Shown: piece after piece, positions 11,208 to 24,590 of the stretch | Layout: the number at the start of each line of letters is the position of its first letter | How positions within the stretch are numbered: position 1 is the first letter of the stretch | Source: Okamejei kenojei | Lineage: Eukaryota | Length of the DNA: 64,000 nt | NCBI GenBank assembly: GCA_035221665.1 | Contig: JAVHYY010000823.1 | Location: 62,001 to 126,000 of the forward strand | Reading direction: 5' to 3' | The notes under the pieces: model-generated | The model's input: only the letters and a program-made list of their open reading frames with translations | Databases searched by the model: none | What the model was told of the DNA's origin: nothing | Program-made: the position numbers and the translations under genes

Positions 11208-11970
11208 ATTTATTATTGTTGTGTTCCAAAATACAGTGGAAAAACTGTTTTGCATACTACAAATTATGTGTGATCATACCATACATGAGTACATCAAGTA
11301 GAGAAAGATAGAAAATAAACATAATACAGAATATAACTACAGAGAAAGCGAGGATAGTAAAAAAAAAGTGCAAAGGCCACAATAGGGTAGATTGGAAGAT
11401 CAGGAATGAAACCATCAGCATATGAAGAAGCCATTAATGAATCTGGTGGTATATGCTTTCTGGCTGTTGTTCTGCCGAACAGGAGAGGAGAGAAAAGAGA
11501 ATATCAAAGGTGTGATTTTGTTGGCTACATCAGGACAGGGTGTTTTTTGAATGGTTCATCTGTAGAAACTGAAAGTCATTGGAGACATGCCAATTTCCTT
11601 AGTATTCTGAGAAAGTTGAGGAGTCTGTGTGCTGTTTTCACCGAGAGACTTGAAGCTCTTGACCATCCCCACTTCAGCATCATTGATACAGTCTGAGGCG
11701 TATACCCCATCACACGACCTGAATTTGATGTCCAGCTCCTTTGTTTTGCTGACATTGAGGGGGAGGTTGTTGTTTTGACACAATGCTACATAACTCTCTT
11801 TCTCCTTGCTGTTCTCTGTCTTGTTATTGTTGATATTCTGCCCACTACGGTGGTGTCATGTATAAACTTGTAGATGGAATTAAAGCAGAATTTGGCCGCG
11901 CAGTTGTAAGTGTGCAGAGAGTATATGTTGGGGCTCAGAACACAGCCTTACGAGGCACAAGTGTTGAAAC
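11208..11970 (-). mobile_element. Old, degenerate Rex1/Babar 3' fragment
   Basis: ORF 11556..11783 CQNNNLPLNVSKTKEL...KSFKSLG resembles the C-terminal RT of 1508..3103. Confidence 0.7.
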
Positions 11971-12671
11971 GATGTTTTGTAAATGAGTGGATGATGGCTA
12001 GCATGAGCTCTAATGGCCAAAGGACCTGTTTCTCTGCTCCCTGACAGTAGGGAGAATTTTACCTTTGGGAATATATGTAAACCAGGTGTTATTTGACCAC
12101 AGACCTGTTAAATGTTGAAAATTAAAACTAGAAACATGAGAAATGTACAATTGATGGTTAATATGCTATTGCCTGTTTTAGACTTTTGTTAGTCAACATG
12201 ACCCCTTAGGTTTTAGAATGCAGCCATTAACTTAGTTTAAAGTTCTCCGGTTCACAGTTCTCCACTGAAGTACGTTATTATGCTGAAACAACCTCTGCAA
12301 ATTTATGTTTGCCTTTGAAGCTGTCTAATGACAGTACTTAGAAACTCATCAGGGTTTTTTTCCCATACCAATGAGCCTGATTCATGTTTTGGATTTGTAT
12401 CCAAACACCCGCAAGTATCATCAGAACTCTTGCCCTACCCTTGGCTCATGCTGCAACATCTAATGAATCTGTGGAAGTGTTATAGTGTCACGCATGCCTG
12501 CTGGCACTGAAGGCCATTTAAAGGTTTTCACAATAATTAACTGTCCGTGAAAGGTGCTATTGCTTTTTGTGTGGTCTATTTAAACAAAATAATCGATTGC
12601 AATATGTTTCTACAGATTCTTTCTCTTGTGCGCATAGAACTTTAAATGTTACCCAACATGAATCTGGGTAT

Positions 12672-12915
12672 TGTAGAAACAAGGAACTGCATATGTTGGT
12701 TTACAAAAAATAAAGGACACAAATTGCTGGAGTAACTTAGTGGATCAGGCATCGGTCCGTTCTTCCAGGTTTCTTCCCCCCCCCCCCCCCCCCCCCACAA
12801 GTCCTGACCCAGAACGTCACCTATCTATGTTCTCTAGAGATCCTGCCTGACCCGCTGAGTTACTCCAGCACTTCTGTGCTCTTTTCTGTAAACCGGCATC
12901 TGTTGTTCCTTGGTT
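12672..12915. repeat. Fold-back pair of Penelope-like terminal-repeat fragments around a poly-C tract
   Basis: AAGGAACTGCATATGTTGGTTTACA...GCTGGAGTAACTTAG on the left mirrors CTGAGTTACTCCAGC...TGTAAACCGGCATCTGTTGTTCCTT on the right. Confidence 0.7.
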
Positions 12916-14391
12916 TAAAATCATGTTCATCTCATGGATTTGGTAAAGACTTCCAGACTTTTTAACTTCCCTGTGAACCTATTAAAGTTATTAAAATTGC
13001 TTCTATGGGGAATGCATTATTGGGGAAAAAATGTTCAAGGAAAAGGATAATAGTATTACGATAGAAAGACAAAACAGAAATTGAAGGGAAAACATTACAT
13101 CCCAGAGAAGTGATGAAGAGAGATAATCACCAAATAACATATCTTTTCTAATTGTTGCCTTGTTCATGTCTGGATCTTGGGTGAAAACCATATTTTTAAA
13201 AATTGTGGAAATTATGAAAGTTGATAATGAAAAGAGAATGAATAATCATGTCATGCTATTCTGTGACATGCTATTAAAAACCTAAAGGTGTGAAAGGTAT
13301 AATACATGCCCTCAGGAACACCTTAGCAGACACCAGCACTGCAGCAAGTTTTAGTGTACAATTGGGTTGTTCTAATGGGGCCAAAGGGGTTCTGCTTCGA
13401 AAGAAAACTCTCTAATTGTTACAATTCTGCAGAATTTTGCCAAGTCTATTTTCTTACCAAATTTTCTTCCTGCACTTAGAAAAAATATGGGAAAATCTCA
13501 AATGAAAGACAGAATGTTTGGCTCCAGCAAAAATCTGTTTGGACCTCAGTTGTTCCACTTGTTTCCTGTCTGGCCACTTAATTCTCCGTTTTTATGGTTC
13601 ATTCCAATTATCTGCTGGATAGCTCCCTATCATGATTTCAGCTTTCCAGCATCTGCAAAAGGAAAAGCCTTGACTTGTTTTATTTTAATCCTTGACTTCT
13701 TTTTCTCTCTCTATTTGGTTATCCCTGGCTTATACAAACTCAGAATTATATGACTTGTTTCAGGAGTCCGATGTCAAGTATGCAAACTATGTGGCATCTG
13801 ACTGTAATACTAGGCCATTTGGTCTAGGAGTGGATAATGACATTGTCTTGCTTATCCTGCTGGTGAGTTTTACTGAGCTAGCATCTCCTCCATGCTTTGA
13901 TGCATCTGTTAAAGGTAATCCATGCCTCAGAAGTGAACAAAAGTGTGGAGAATCATTTGGTAGACCAGGAGGAGATTGATGCTGGTTTGATGTCCTGATC
14001 ATCAAGCCCGCTCTTGTCTTTAGATGGCCTAAGGCTATGTTAGCACATTGAGGATGATGACAATAAATTTCATCAACAGAATCTGACTCCTGATGTATGT
14101 GGTGTACGTTTTACATTGTCCCAATAAACACTTAATTATTGGGCAGGTAGAATTGAGGAGTGGAGGCAGGTTGGTGAACGTTTTGGAGACGTTTAATGTG
14201 AGTTTCATCCCCTCTCATGTTTGGTTATTTAATGTTAATTTATTTTCAGAGCAAACACAATTACAATCAATGGCTACAAGCTGCATCTTAAGCAATGTAA
14301 TCTTAGCCTTTTTACTTGGTATGGAAGTTATTAAAGTCAGTTTAAGTGAGTTGCTATATGTTAAATAATTGATATCAAAGTCTTCTTCAAC

Positions 14392-15860
14392 TTATAGTCA
14401 GACAGCAAAGATGTAGGCCCTTTGGCCCAACTTGTCAATGCCAACCAAGATGCCCCATCTAAACTAGTCCCATTTGTCGGCAGTTGAACTGCTGGCCCTC
14501 CAAATCTTTCCTATCCATGTACCCGTCCAAGTGTCTTTTAAATATTATTTTTGTGCCTGCCTCACCTACCTCCCCTAGCAGCATATTCCATTCACCCTCT
14601 ACCCTCTGAGTGAAAAAGTTATCCCTCAACTTACTATTATATCTTTCCCCTCTCACCTTAAACCGTTCTCTTCTGGTTCTTAATTCCCCAACCTGGGTAA
14701 AAGTCTTTGCGCATTAATCCTTCTTCACCACCCTATCTCCTTGTGACACCACTTTCTGGGAACTGTGCAACTGTACTCCTAGATTCCTCTGCTCCACAAC
14801 ACTCACCAGGACCCAATTAGGACCGTGAAGGTCCTACCCTAGTTTGACTTCCTAAATCGTAATACCTCACATTTATCTGCATTGAACTCCATTAGCTATT
14901 CTTCAGCTCACTTGGTCAACTGATCAAGATCATGCAGTAATTTTTGATAACCCTCTGCAATACCACTTATTTTAGTGTAATCTGCAAACATACTAATCAT
15001 GCTTTACACATTCTCATCTAAAACATTAAAATAAACCACAAACAGCAATGGTCCAGCATCCACCCCTGAGGCTGACCACTTGTCACGAGCCTCCAATCCC
15101 CAAAACAACCTTCCACCTCTGCTCGTTGCTTCCTTCCATGAAACCATTTCTGAATCCAGGAAGCTAGCTCCCTCTTGATGCCGTGCAATCTAACCTTCCA
15201 GAGCAGCCTACCATGCCGAACGTTATCAATGGCCTTACTGTTTTGCTTTACTCTCATTGACTCTCTTGGTTACTTCTTAAAAAAAAAACATTCAAAGTCA
15301 TGAGACATGTTCTCTCGCATATAGAACCATGTTGACTATCCCCATTCACTGTCTGACTATCCAAATGGATACATATCTTATCCCTCAGAATCATGTCCAG
15401 TAACCTACCTACCATAAATGTCGGCCTCGCTATATTTCCCAGGCTTTTCTTTGCAACCCTTTCTTAAATAAAAGCATAAGATTAGCTACCCTCCAGTCAT
15501 CCAGCACTCCACCCATGTCTAACAATGATTTGTCAGGGCCCCTGCAATTTCTTCTCTAGCTTTCCACTGTGTCCTTGGATCAGGCTAGGGTGATTTATCT
15601 ACCTTCATACAGCTTAGAACCTCCAACACCACACCTACTAGCATATGGACTGTCCTCAGGACAGATGTCACAAGTTCCTTGGTCATCTTATCTTTCTCTA
15701 CAGTGAAAACAGAAAAAATTACAATGAAGACCTTGCTCATCTCTTGTTGCTCCTCACATAATGATTGCTTTGGTTGCTGAATGACCCTCTTCTCTCTCCA
15801 GTTACTCCCCCTTAATGTCCTACCTTTGGTTTCTCCTTAATCTTATCTGCTGGAGCTAGA
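14392..15860 (-). mobile_element. Degenerate CR1 LINE 3' portion (second subfamily)
   Basis: ORF pieces KAIDNVRHGRLLWKV...GRKQRAEVEGCF..W..VTSGQPQG and LRDNFFTQRV...WNML; CR1 3' UTR. Confidence 0.85.
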
Positions 15861-15974
15861 GTTTGTTTCTAGAGAAAAAAATAGTTTGAGAAAAAACGTA
15901 GCAGTTAGTTGATAATGAGTTGACACCAGGTTCCCTATTTCACTAGCTCTTAGTCTTTTCATTGTTTTCTCTGT

Positions 15975-16260
15975 TTAGTTGAGTTTAGAGATACAGCGTG
16001 GAAACAGGCCCTTTGGCCCACCAAGTCCGTGCTGACCGCACACTAAAGCTATCCTACACTAGGGACAATTTACAAATTTGCCAAACCAATTAGCCTACAA
16101 ACTTGTATGCGTGGGAGGAAACTGGAGTGTGGGAGGAAACTGGAGTGCCCCGGGGAATACCCACGCAGGTCACGGGGAGAACGTAGACAGACAGTGTCCG
16201 TGGTCAAGATCGAACTCTGGTGCTGTAAGATACCAACACCACCACTGCCCTACCGTGCCA
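15975..16260 (-). mobile_element. HE1-like tRNA-derived SINE with CR1-shared 3' tail
   Basis: Tail GAGATACAGCGTGGAAACAGGCCC shared with CR1; core AATTAGCCTACAAAC...GGGAGGAAAC; tRNA-like head with B box (AGATCGAAC). Contains an internal 18 bp duplication of GTGGGAGGAAACTGGAGT. Confidence 0.85.
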
Positions 16261-17604
16261 TCTCCTCAGTGTACTTGTGCCCTTCTAGCAATGGGTATGG
16301 TTCCCCTGTAAAACGAATAAAAAAGATTGACAAACATATTCAGTATGACAGAAAATATCTTGCGTCAGTATGTAGCTCACAAGTGACATGCTCATGCGGA
16401 CATATGCCTTGGAGTAACTGGGAACCGGAAGAATTGTCAAGAACATTGACAAGTTGAGGAGCCGAGGGATGTAATACCCATTGGGGAGAATATAACCTGA
16501 AATAGACACAAAATGATGGAGTAACTCAGCAGGACAGGCAGCATCTCTGGAGAGAAGGAACAGGTGACGATTCGGGTTGAGAACTGGTTCTTCAGACTGG
16601 TTCAAAACATTTATTGCAAACAGTCAAAATTCTACATTATTGTGAATGACGGTTATAGTGCAAAGCATTAAAATAGATTTGTTTGAAATACCTAAGGAGA
16701 TCATTAAATAATTTGAGCCCTGCAGTCAAGATGGTTTAAAGTGTTTGTATTATTGTGAATTCCGCATCTCCTGCAGTGCAGCCTCGAGATCTTGCTCCAA
16801 TCCCCAAAAGCTATCTACATAAAATTACACCTTTCTCCTCTGCAGAATATCTAACTGCAATAATATCTGAGGATGACGTCGCTGCATTGCAAATGGGTTG
16901 TTCTTTTAGCCTACCATGGACGCATTAGCTCTTTAACACACAATTACCTAGTGAATGGATACATTTGCATTTCACACTGTTCACGTAGGATCAACGTACA
17001 GATATTATATACCTGCTGACTGAACATTTTCTAACTCATGTCATTACTGGGCCGTTTCATCTCGGCAATTAGAAACCTTGTGAGAATTTCACTTTTTAGG
17101 TTTTGAAAAAGGCTACAATGTCATAGATCAATGTCATTTAAAAGCAAACATACAGAAGAATGACTATAACTATTAGCCTCATTAACCTCTGGAGTTAATT
17201 CATTTAATATAAATGTCTCAATGAAAGTATGGCTCTTGCATTAATCAATATTGATGGGACAGAGGTCAAACTGGTCAGTTTAAAATTATGGATGAATGGC
17301 ATTTTGGGGCATGAAATAGACACAAAAAAAAACATTAGCACCTCAGTTAATCATTTTACCCAATGAATTTTAAGATGTAATGCTGTTTGCTGATTAAAAT
17401 CTTCAAATGCTTACCATGCTCGAGAGCTGTGCCATTTATAATCAGCCTGTAAGTTAGAAAGATGTCCTGGCATCAGTGTTGTGTTCTACCATTAGAAAAT
17501 GTGAATCTCCTCCAAGCTTCCACTTATTAAAACATTTTTATATTGTGCATCCCACCATTAAAAAATGTTTACCCTGTTTACTTCTGATCCTTTCCAATAG
17601 ATGT

Positions 17605-18058
17605 TTGATGTTGGCAGGACTCGAGGCCCTGATCTATAGGGAGATATTGAGCAGGCTAGGACTCTATTCCCTGGAGCACAGGAGGATGATGGGTGATCTT
17701 ATAGAGGTGTACAAGATCACGAGATGAATAGACTCACAGTCTCTTGCCCAATGTAGGGGAGTCAAGCACCAGAAGACACAGGTGTAAGGTGAAAGTGGTA
17801 AGATTTAATAGGAACCTGAGGGATAACTTTGTCTACACAGTGGTGGGTGTATGAACGAGCAGGTGGAGGAGGTAGTTGTGGCAGGCAGTATCTTAATGTT
17901 TAAGAAACATTTGGACAGGCACATGGATAAGGCAAGTATAGAGGGATGTGGGCCAAATGCAGGCAAGTGGAACTAGTGTAGTAGATAGGACATGTTGGTC
18001 AGCATGGCCATTTTAGGCAGAAGGGCCTGTTTCCACATTGTATGCCTCCATGACTCTA
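17605..18058 (+). mobile_element. CR1 LINE 3' fragment
   Basis: LSRLGLYSLEHRRMMGDLIEVYKI plus the CR1 3' UTR ending ATGACTCT. Confidence 0.85.
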
Positions 18059-18759
18059 ATAGAAAATGTTGTAATAGCATTTTGCGAAACGTCTAATATT
18101 TTGTACCCCCATTATTAGATCATGTGAGTATACTGACTGACCTTTGAAAATGTCCTTACAGCAGATTCTAACTTACAGATATTTCCTTTATTGTACTGGG
18201 CTTGCCAATAAGCTTTTGCTGATGTGAATATCAAATCTTGAAACAGAAAATGTCTTAAAAGGATCTCTACTTTGGAAAATGTTAATTCCATAGTGTTCCC
18301 TGCATTCCGCAGTAAAGATATAAATCGGCACCATGTTGTTTTAAGATGTCATTTTTCTGACTGAATCCCACCTTTTAGTACTTGTGAAGGTCACACTTAG
18401 TACCACCATCAGGAAACAACCATACAATACGCAGTATGCCACCTAATATAAAAATACCCATCTTCCTACAGAGAGCCCAATGTATTGCATTTTAGCTGGC
18501 AGCTCTGCCACTGCGTCTCACTTCTCATGAGTTGGCACTGAGCATCCAACCCCTCAAGCTCACTGGCTGGCGTAAGCCACAAAGGGAATTGTTGAATGGG
18601 TTTGACAACCTTGATGGAAAAGGTAAATCAAGATTTTTTTTTCTTTAACTTTAATATTTTTAATTATTTCTCATACATAGTTAGTTAAAAAGCAATTTAA
18701 GGGCCTTTAAATAGCAATGAGCTGTCAACAGGCCACCAGCAACTGATCTGGAAGAGCAC

Positions 18760-18960
18760 GGTCAGGAAGGGACTGCAGATGCTGGTTTACACCGAAGATA
18801 GACACAAAATGCTGGAGTAACTCAGCGGGACAGGCAGCATCTCTGGTGAAAAGGAATGGGTGACGTTTTAGGTCGAGACCCTTCTTCAGACTGAACCCAT
18901 TCCTTCTCTTCAGAGATGCTGCCTGTTCCACTGAGTTACTCCAGCATTTTGTGTCTATCC
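18760..18960. repeat. Inverted pair of Penelope-like terminal-repeat fragments
   Basis: ATAGACACAAAATGCTGGAGTAACTCAG...GACCCTTCTTCAGACTGA followed by ACCCATTCCTTCTCT...GAGTTACTCCAGCATTTTGTGTCTAT. Confidence 0.8.
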
Positions 18961-21082
18961 AACCACCTGATGCTTATTTTGTGCTTGTGGGTCACTTCAC
19001 TCATGGGGAAATCATTATGGCAAAGCACAAAAGATGACTGGACTTGTAGATCTCCAAAACGGGCTACTGGAATAGTACCGGAGGCAAATGCATGCGGCAA
19101 GCCAAGTCGAGCATCACTCACTCTGGTCAAGTATGACTTTGCCCAATATCATTTTATGATAGAAAATGGCAGAACATGCTGATTTCATCTTATTAAAAGA
19201 GGTGCAAGCAATATTAGCAAATGTGAATATCGTCTACCAAATGGACTTGACATTTGTGTCATTAGGATCATCGTTGATGCTCTGGATCTACAAGATCATA
19301 TCCATGCTCACAAATAAATTTGTGCAATGCGTATTGATAATATTGCTTGTGCGTATATATTTTGAACATTTGGCATGAGGTGCAAAGTTGGCACACAATG
19401 AAGTTGGTCTGTGTGTAACGTTGATGTTGTTCTGCCATTTTGAATTGGCTGTCCTTTCTTAACCTTAGCTGAACACACATGCAGCCCATTAGCCTCTCCA
19501 TACAAGTTTGTTATTTAAAGAACTCATTGAAGCTTTCTGCGCAAAAAGCGCTGAAGTGAGTGTAAGTAGAGAACGATCACAGTTCTTAGCTGGGTGCCAT
19601 ATCCCCCAAGGTGATCAGAGAAAGATGTTTGAATCGAGTGTGGCTCAGCAGTCGGGATGTCTGCAGTTTCAATAAGGATATATCACTGCTAACTGACATC
19701 TAGTGCAGCCACAACATGAAAGACTGCACTTGCAATGAACACTAAATTGATTGTGGCAAGAACTCTTCTGCATCAAGCTTCTTCCAGGCTAAAGCTGAAC
19801 ATAACTGAATGTTGAAATTTGTCATCCACTTTATGTATGGGTGATTATTGATCCTCTCAAGTCAAACAGAGCTAATCACATTTCATTCTCTCTTGCTGGA
19901 GACCAGCAAGCAGTGATGCCTTGCATCTTTACTGTGATTTAGGATGCCATTCACAGAAAAATATCTTGTTTTGAAGGCATTAGCTCAGTTGAAAATAGGA
20001 ACCAAATGGGGTTCACCCTCTTAATGTTCAGCTGATAAACTACCACTGTAAATCATAAAAGCCAAAGGCTGATATCATTATTTTAGGTATGATATGTGCC
20101 TTCTCTGCAGTTCCAGCTACATTTGAGCTACTTTAACAAATCCATGGTTAGGTATTTGATGTTCATGCCTTGAATGTCATGGGGCAATCATTAGCTTGCT
20201 GAGACCACCCTTTCATTGCCTGGACTGCTGTAACGAAGCCTTAACGAAGCTGTTGCTTGCATGCAGCACCACATTTTTTAAAACAGAGGTTGACAGGCTC
20301 TTGATTTATAAGGGTGTCAAAGATTACAGGGAGGATACAGGTGAATGTGGTTGAGAGGGAAAGATATATCAGCCACGATTGAATGGTGGAGTAGGCTTGC
20401 TGGGCTGAATGGCCTCATTCTGCTCCCATCATTTATGAGTTTTTGAACCTCAACATTGAGAAGATTTCCTCATATCGTCAGCTCTGCAGAGAGTATCTGA
20501 GCAGCAGTTTCTGGAATATATGGAGGAACAGGGTGATGACAATGGAGGTGAAAAGCAACTGGAAACCATTTTCTGCTCTAACATGATAAACTTACCTGAG
20601 TGCAATACATTAACCTGAACGAGCTGCCAGACAAAGTTGCTGAGGCAGGTAAAATAACATTTAAAAAAAATTGTACAGGCACATGAATAAGAAAGGCATA
20701 CGAGTCAAATGTTGGCAAATGGGACGAGTTTAGTTGGGCAACTTGAGTGGCTTAGACGTATTGGACTGAAGGGACGGTTTTCATGCTGTATGACTGATTC
20801 TATAACTAGTTCGCTATTACTAAATGACTCTATATCTAACAGGTTCCTTGGCCCGCAATTTCCGTGCTGAACATGATGCCAAGTTAATCTACTTTCCTCT
20901 GCCTGCATATCCCTCCATTCCCGGCATATGGATTTGCGTATCCAAAAATCTCTTCAATGCCACTATCATATCTGACCATCCCTGGTAAAATTCTTGACGC
21001 CCACTTCCCTCTAGAAAGAAACATTCAGATTTTGGAGAATCCTAAGCTAGGATGCATCATGATATACTTTACACCCCAGACT

Positions 21083-21370
21083 TCCGAGACACAGAGCAGA
21101 AACAGGCCCCTCGGCCGAATGAGTCTGTGCCGACCAGCGATCACCCCAAACACTAACGCTATCCGACACAATAGGGCCAATTTACAGTTTTACTAAAGCC
21201 AATTAACCAACAAACCTGTATGTCTTTGGAGTATGGGAGGAAACCGGAGCACCCAAAGAAAATGCATTAGGGCACAGGGAGAACATATAAATTCCATACA
21301 GACAGCACCCTGGTCAGAATCGAACCTGGATTTCTAGCACTGTAAGACAGTAGCTCTGCCGCTGTGCCGC
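21083..21370 (-). mobile_element. HE1-like SINE
   Basis: Same tail, core and head motifs as 15975-16260. Confidence 0.85.
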
Positions 21371-22173
21371 AAAGTTTGGTAAATCTTTGAACTTTTTATT
21401 AGCAATTTTTGTGAGCTGTTTGTTTCACCCTCTGATGACACACATATCATTGGGCACTTCTCTCATTCAGCATCTCACCCTTGAGGCATAGCTATCTTCT
21501 GTCTGCAAGTTTCTGCTGGGGAACTGTGTAAGTTGAATTTAAAACTCTCAGTGTTGAATGGAGAGTATAAACAACACAAGCATCTGAAGAAGGGTCCAGA
21601 CGCAAAACACCCTCTGTCAATATCCATCTACAGATGCTGCCTGACACACTGAGTTCTCCAGCACTTTGTTTTTGCTCGAATTTCCAGCATATTCCAGTCT
21701 CTTTTGTCACGATTGTCTGTAATTTCTGCATCACTGGATTTGTGTTCTATCTGCAAACTATTACAAGATGGTCTGTCAGATTGCTGCAACATGCAAACCA
21801 CCACTGCAGCCACTGAGCTGATGGCAGCGGGTTGTGCGTGTTTGACAGTAGTCTGCGCCTGGGTTTCAATGCTAAGATGTTAAGTGACTGGTGTCTGTGC
21901 TGCTTTTATAGGCTGCAATTCCATCATCAGATGCTGTGGTTGGGTTGTTCTTACAAATGCCTTGATGGAGTATAAAACAGCATCTGCAGTCCCTTTTTTA
22001 TTACACCTTGATGTAGTTGGCTCATTACCGTAAGAGACGGGTTCTATGTTCTACACTACACCCAGTGCCAAGTTAATGCACCGTTCTTCCTTGCACCCTG
22101 ACTGTGAATATACAGTAGATTTTGATGTGATTCCTAATGTATCAAATTTGCTTTCTGTAAGCTGCATCATGGA

Positions 22174-23050
22174 ATGATTAATGATTTGGACGAGGGAATT
22201 AAATGCAACATCTCGAAGTTTGCGGATGACACGAAGCTGGGGGGCAGTGTTAGCTGTGAGGAGGATGCTAGGAGGCTGCAGGATGACTTGGATGGACTGG
22301 GTGAGTGGTCAAATGCATGGCAGATGCAGCGAGACCTGGGTGTCATGGTACACCAGTCATTGAAAGTAGGCATGCAGGTGCAGCAGGTTGTGAAGAAAGC
22401 GAATGGTATGTTGGCATTCATAGCAAAAGGATTTGAGTACAAGAGCAGGGAGGTTCTACTGCAGTTGTACAGGGTCTTGGTGAGGCCACACCTGGAGTAT
22501 TGCGTACAGTTTTGGTCTCCAAATCTGAGGAAAGACATTCTTGCCATAGAGGGAGTACAGAGAAGGTTCACCAGACTGATTCCTGGGATGGCACAACTTC
22601 CATATGAAGAAAGACTGGATAGACTCGGCTTGTACTCGCTGGAATTTAGAAGATTGAGGGGTGATCTCATAGAGACTTACAAAATTCTTAAGGGGTTGGA
22701 CAGGCTAGATGCAGGAAGATTGTTCCCAATGTTGGGGAAGTCCAGGACAAGGGGTCACAGTTTAAGGATAAGGGGGAAGTCTTTTAGGACTGAGATGAGA
22801 AAATCGTTTTTCACACAGAGAGTGGTGAATCTGTGGAATTCTCTGCCACAGAAGGTAGTTGAGGCCAGTTCGTTGGCCATATTTAAGAGGGAGTTGGATG
22901 TGGCCCTTGTGGCTGAAGGGATCAGGGGGTATGGAGAGAAGGCAGGTACAGGATACTGAGTTGGATGATCAGCCATGATCATATTGAATGGCGGTGCAGG
23001 CTCGAAGGGCCGAATGGCCTGCTCCTGCACCTAATTTCTATGTTTCTATG
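22174..23050 (+). mobile_element. Young CR1/HER1 LINE 3' fragment with open RT C-terminal frame (22174..22959)
   Basis: INDLDEG...KFADDTKLGG, LYRVLVRPHLEYCVQFWSP, RGHSLRIRG, FFTQRVVNLWNSLP; tail (TTTCTATG)2. Confidence 0.93.
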
Positions 23051-23121
23051 GAAGCTCCCAATCAGCATCTCTGTGGCAGATTGTGTTTGCAACCTTGCTT
23101 TCTGGTGAGCTGGCATCACCT

Positions 23122-23690
23122 AGGGAGCAAAGTGGTGCAGCTACTCAAGCCGTCACCTCACAGTGCTGGACGCGGGTCTATTCCTGATCCCAGCTGCAGT
23201 CTCTATGGAGTTTGTAGTTTTCCTTGTGACTTTAGACTTCAGAGATACAGCACGGATACAGGCCCTTTGGCCCACCGAGTCTGCACCGACCAACGATCAC
23301 CCCATGCACTAGCACTATCCTACGCACTAGGGACATTTTACAATATACAGAAGCCAATTAACCTACAAGCCTCTACAGGGAGAAGGTAAAACTCTGTATA
23401 GACAGCACCTGCAGTCAGGATTGAACCTGGGCCTCTGGCACTAAGGCCGCAACTCTATCTCTGCGCCACTGCGACTCTATAGGTTTTCTCCAGGTCCTCC
23501 TACATCTTAAAGACTTGTGGGTTGGTAGATTAATTGGTCACCGTACATTGCCCCGAGTGTGTCAGTGTGTGGTAGAAACTTGTCGTGTGGATGTTAGTGA
23601 GCATGTACGATGAACATAAGTAGGTGGTTGACAGTTGGCACTGACACAGACTCAGACGACCGAAGGGCTGTTTCAGTGCTGTATCTCTCT
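23122..23690. mobile_element. HE1-like SINE (plus) with a second HE1-like SINE (minus, ~23232-23472) nested inside
   Basis: The plus-strand SINE head 23122-23230 resumes at ~23473 and ends in a CR1-like tail; the inner segment has the reverse-strand motif set. Confidence 0.75.
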
Positions 23691-24467
23691 GCGACTCTTA
23701 CGGGCTCAGACTCTGACAGCAGGCTGTTTATAGATCCCATCTTTATGCTTCTCCTCATTGCACATGTCTGATCTCGTACTGTTTGCACCTTTTGAGTCTT
23801 CATAATCATTGCTTATTTCCTGTTCTCGCTATCACCTATTATTAGGCATCTAAAATAAAAAGGGCAAGGATTAAAGATGTGATGTGAGGGAGAATGTCAG
23901 AAGAGTATGTGTGCAGGTTGCACTGTAAATCTTACCGTGAGTTGAGATCTGAGAAAGGGATTAGGTGTGAGGATATAATAATCTTCAGTGGTTTCAGCTT
24001 TGCCCCAGGCCTCAGGAAAGTATTAGCCACAACCAGCTCCTTAGTGGAGATTAGGATATTTCAGCTCAGCTTCACCTTCAGTGAAACACCACCGTCTCCT
24101 GTGAGAGATAGAAAAGTGTGTAATTTATTTTTATTTTTGCAATCTTTCTGGGTGCGTAGTTAGCAGTGAAGGAAATATGGTGTGAGGTTTTAGTAGTGCA
24201 AGATCTAGGAGAATGTGATGAAGTGAGTCATGGAGATTTGTTGTTTTTAGAGTTGTGGGTAGAGGGAAATTGAAGAGTTTGAGGTTGGTCGTACAAGTGA
24301 TAGGATGTGGCACCTGAAGATTCTTTCAGTGATCCTGACCAATTCTGAGAAGTTTAATTTAGTTTAGAGATGGAGTGTGGAAACAGACCCTTTGGCCCAC
24401 TGAATCCGCACTGACCAATGATCCCCGCATATTAACACTATCCTACACACACACGAGGGACAGTTTA

Positions 24468-24590
24468 AGGGCCTGTGCCACTTTTCCGTCATTTACGCGA
24501 CAGGCCGGTCATGACTGATGCGCAACAGTCGCGCGCGTCATCACGCATCTTCATGCGTCAGCGCACCCGTCTGGAGTGCATGACATCCAG
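24468..24590. mobile_element. Left end of a PIF/Harbinger-like MITE inserted at TTA in a SINE; right end not found
   Basis: TTA|AGGGCCTGTGCCAC follows SINE sequence 24355-24464. A further CpG-rich segment at ~24955-25082 may be internal sequence. Confidence 0.6.

Noticed and set aside
21300-21370. tRNA-like A/B box sequences, also in the other SINE heads
   Set aside because: These are SINE heads with no complete cloverleaf, not tRNA genes.
22167-22670. 167 aa antisense ORF, with similar ones at 29439..29843, 32325..32828, 55192..55476 and 56711..56947
   Set aside because: Recurrent antisense shadows of CR1 ORF2, not independent genes.
23870-24330. Possible ancient L2-like LINE remnants, also at ~26080-26560 and 54050-54560
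   Set aside because: Too degenerate to assign by eye; would need a profile search.
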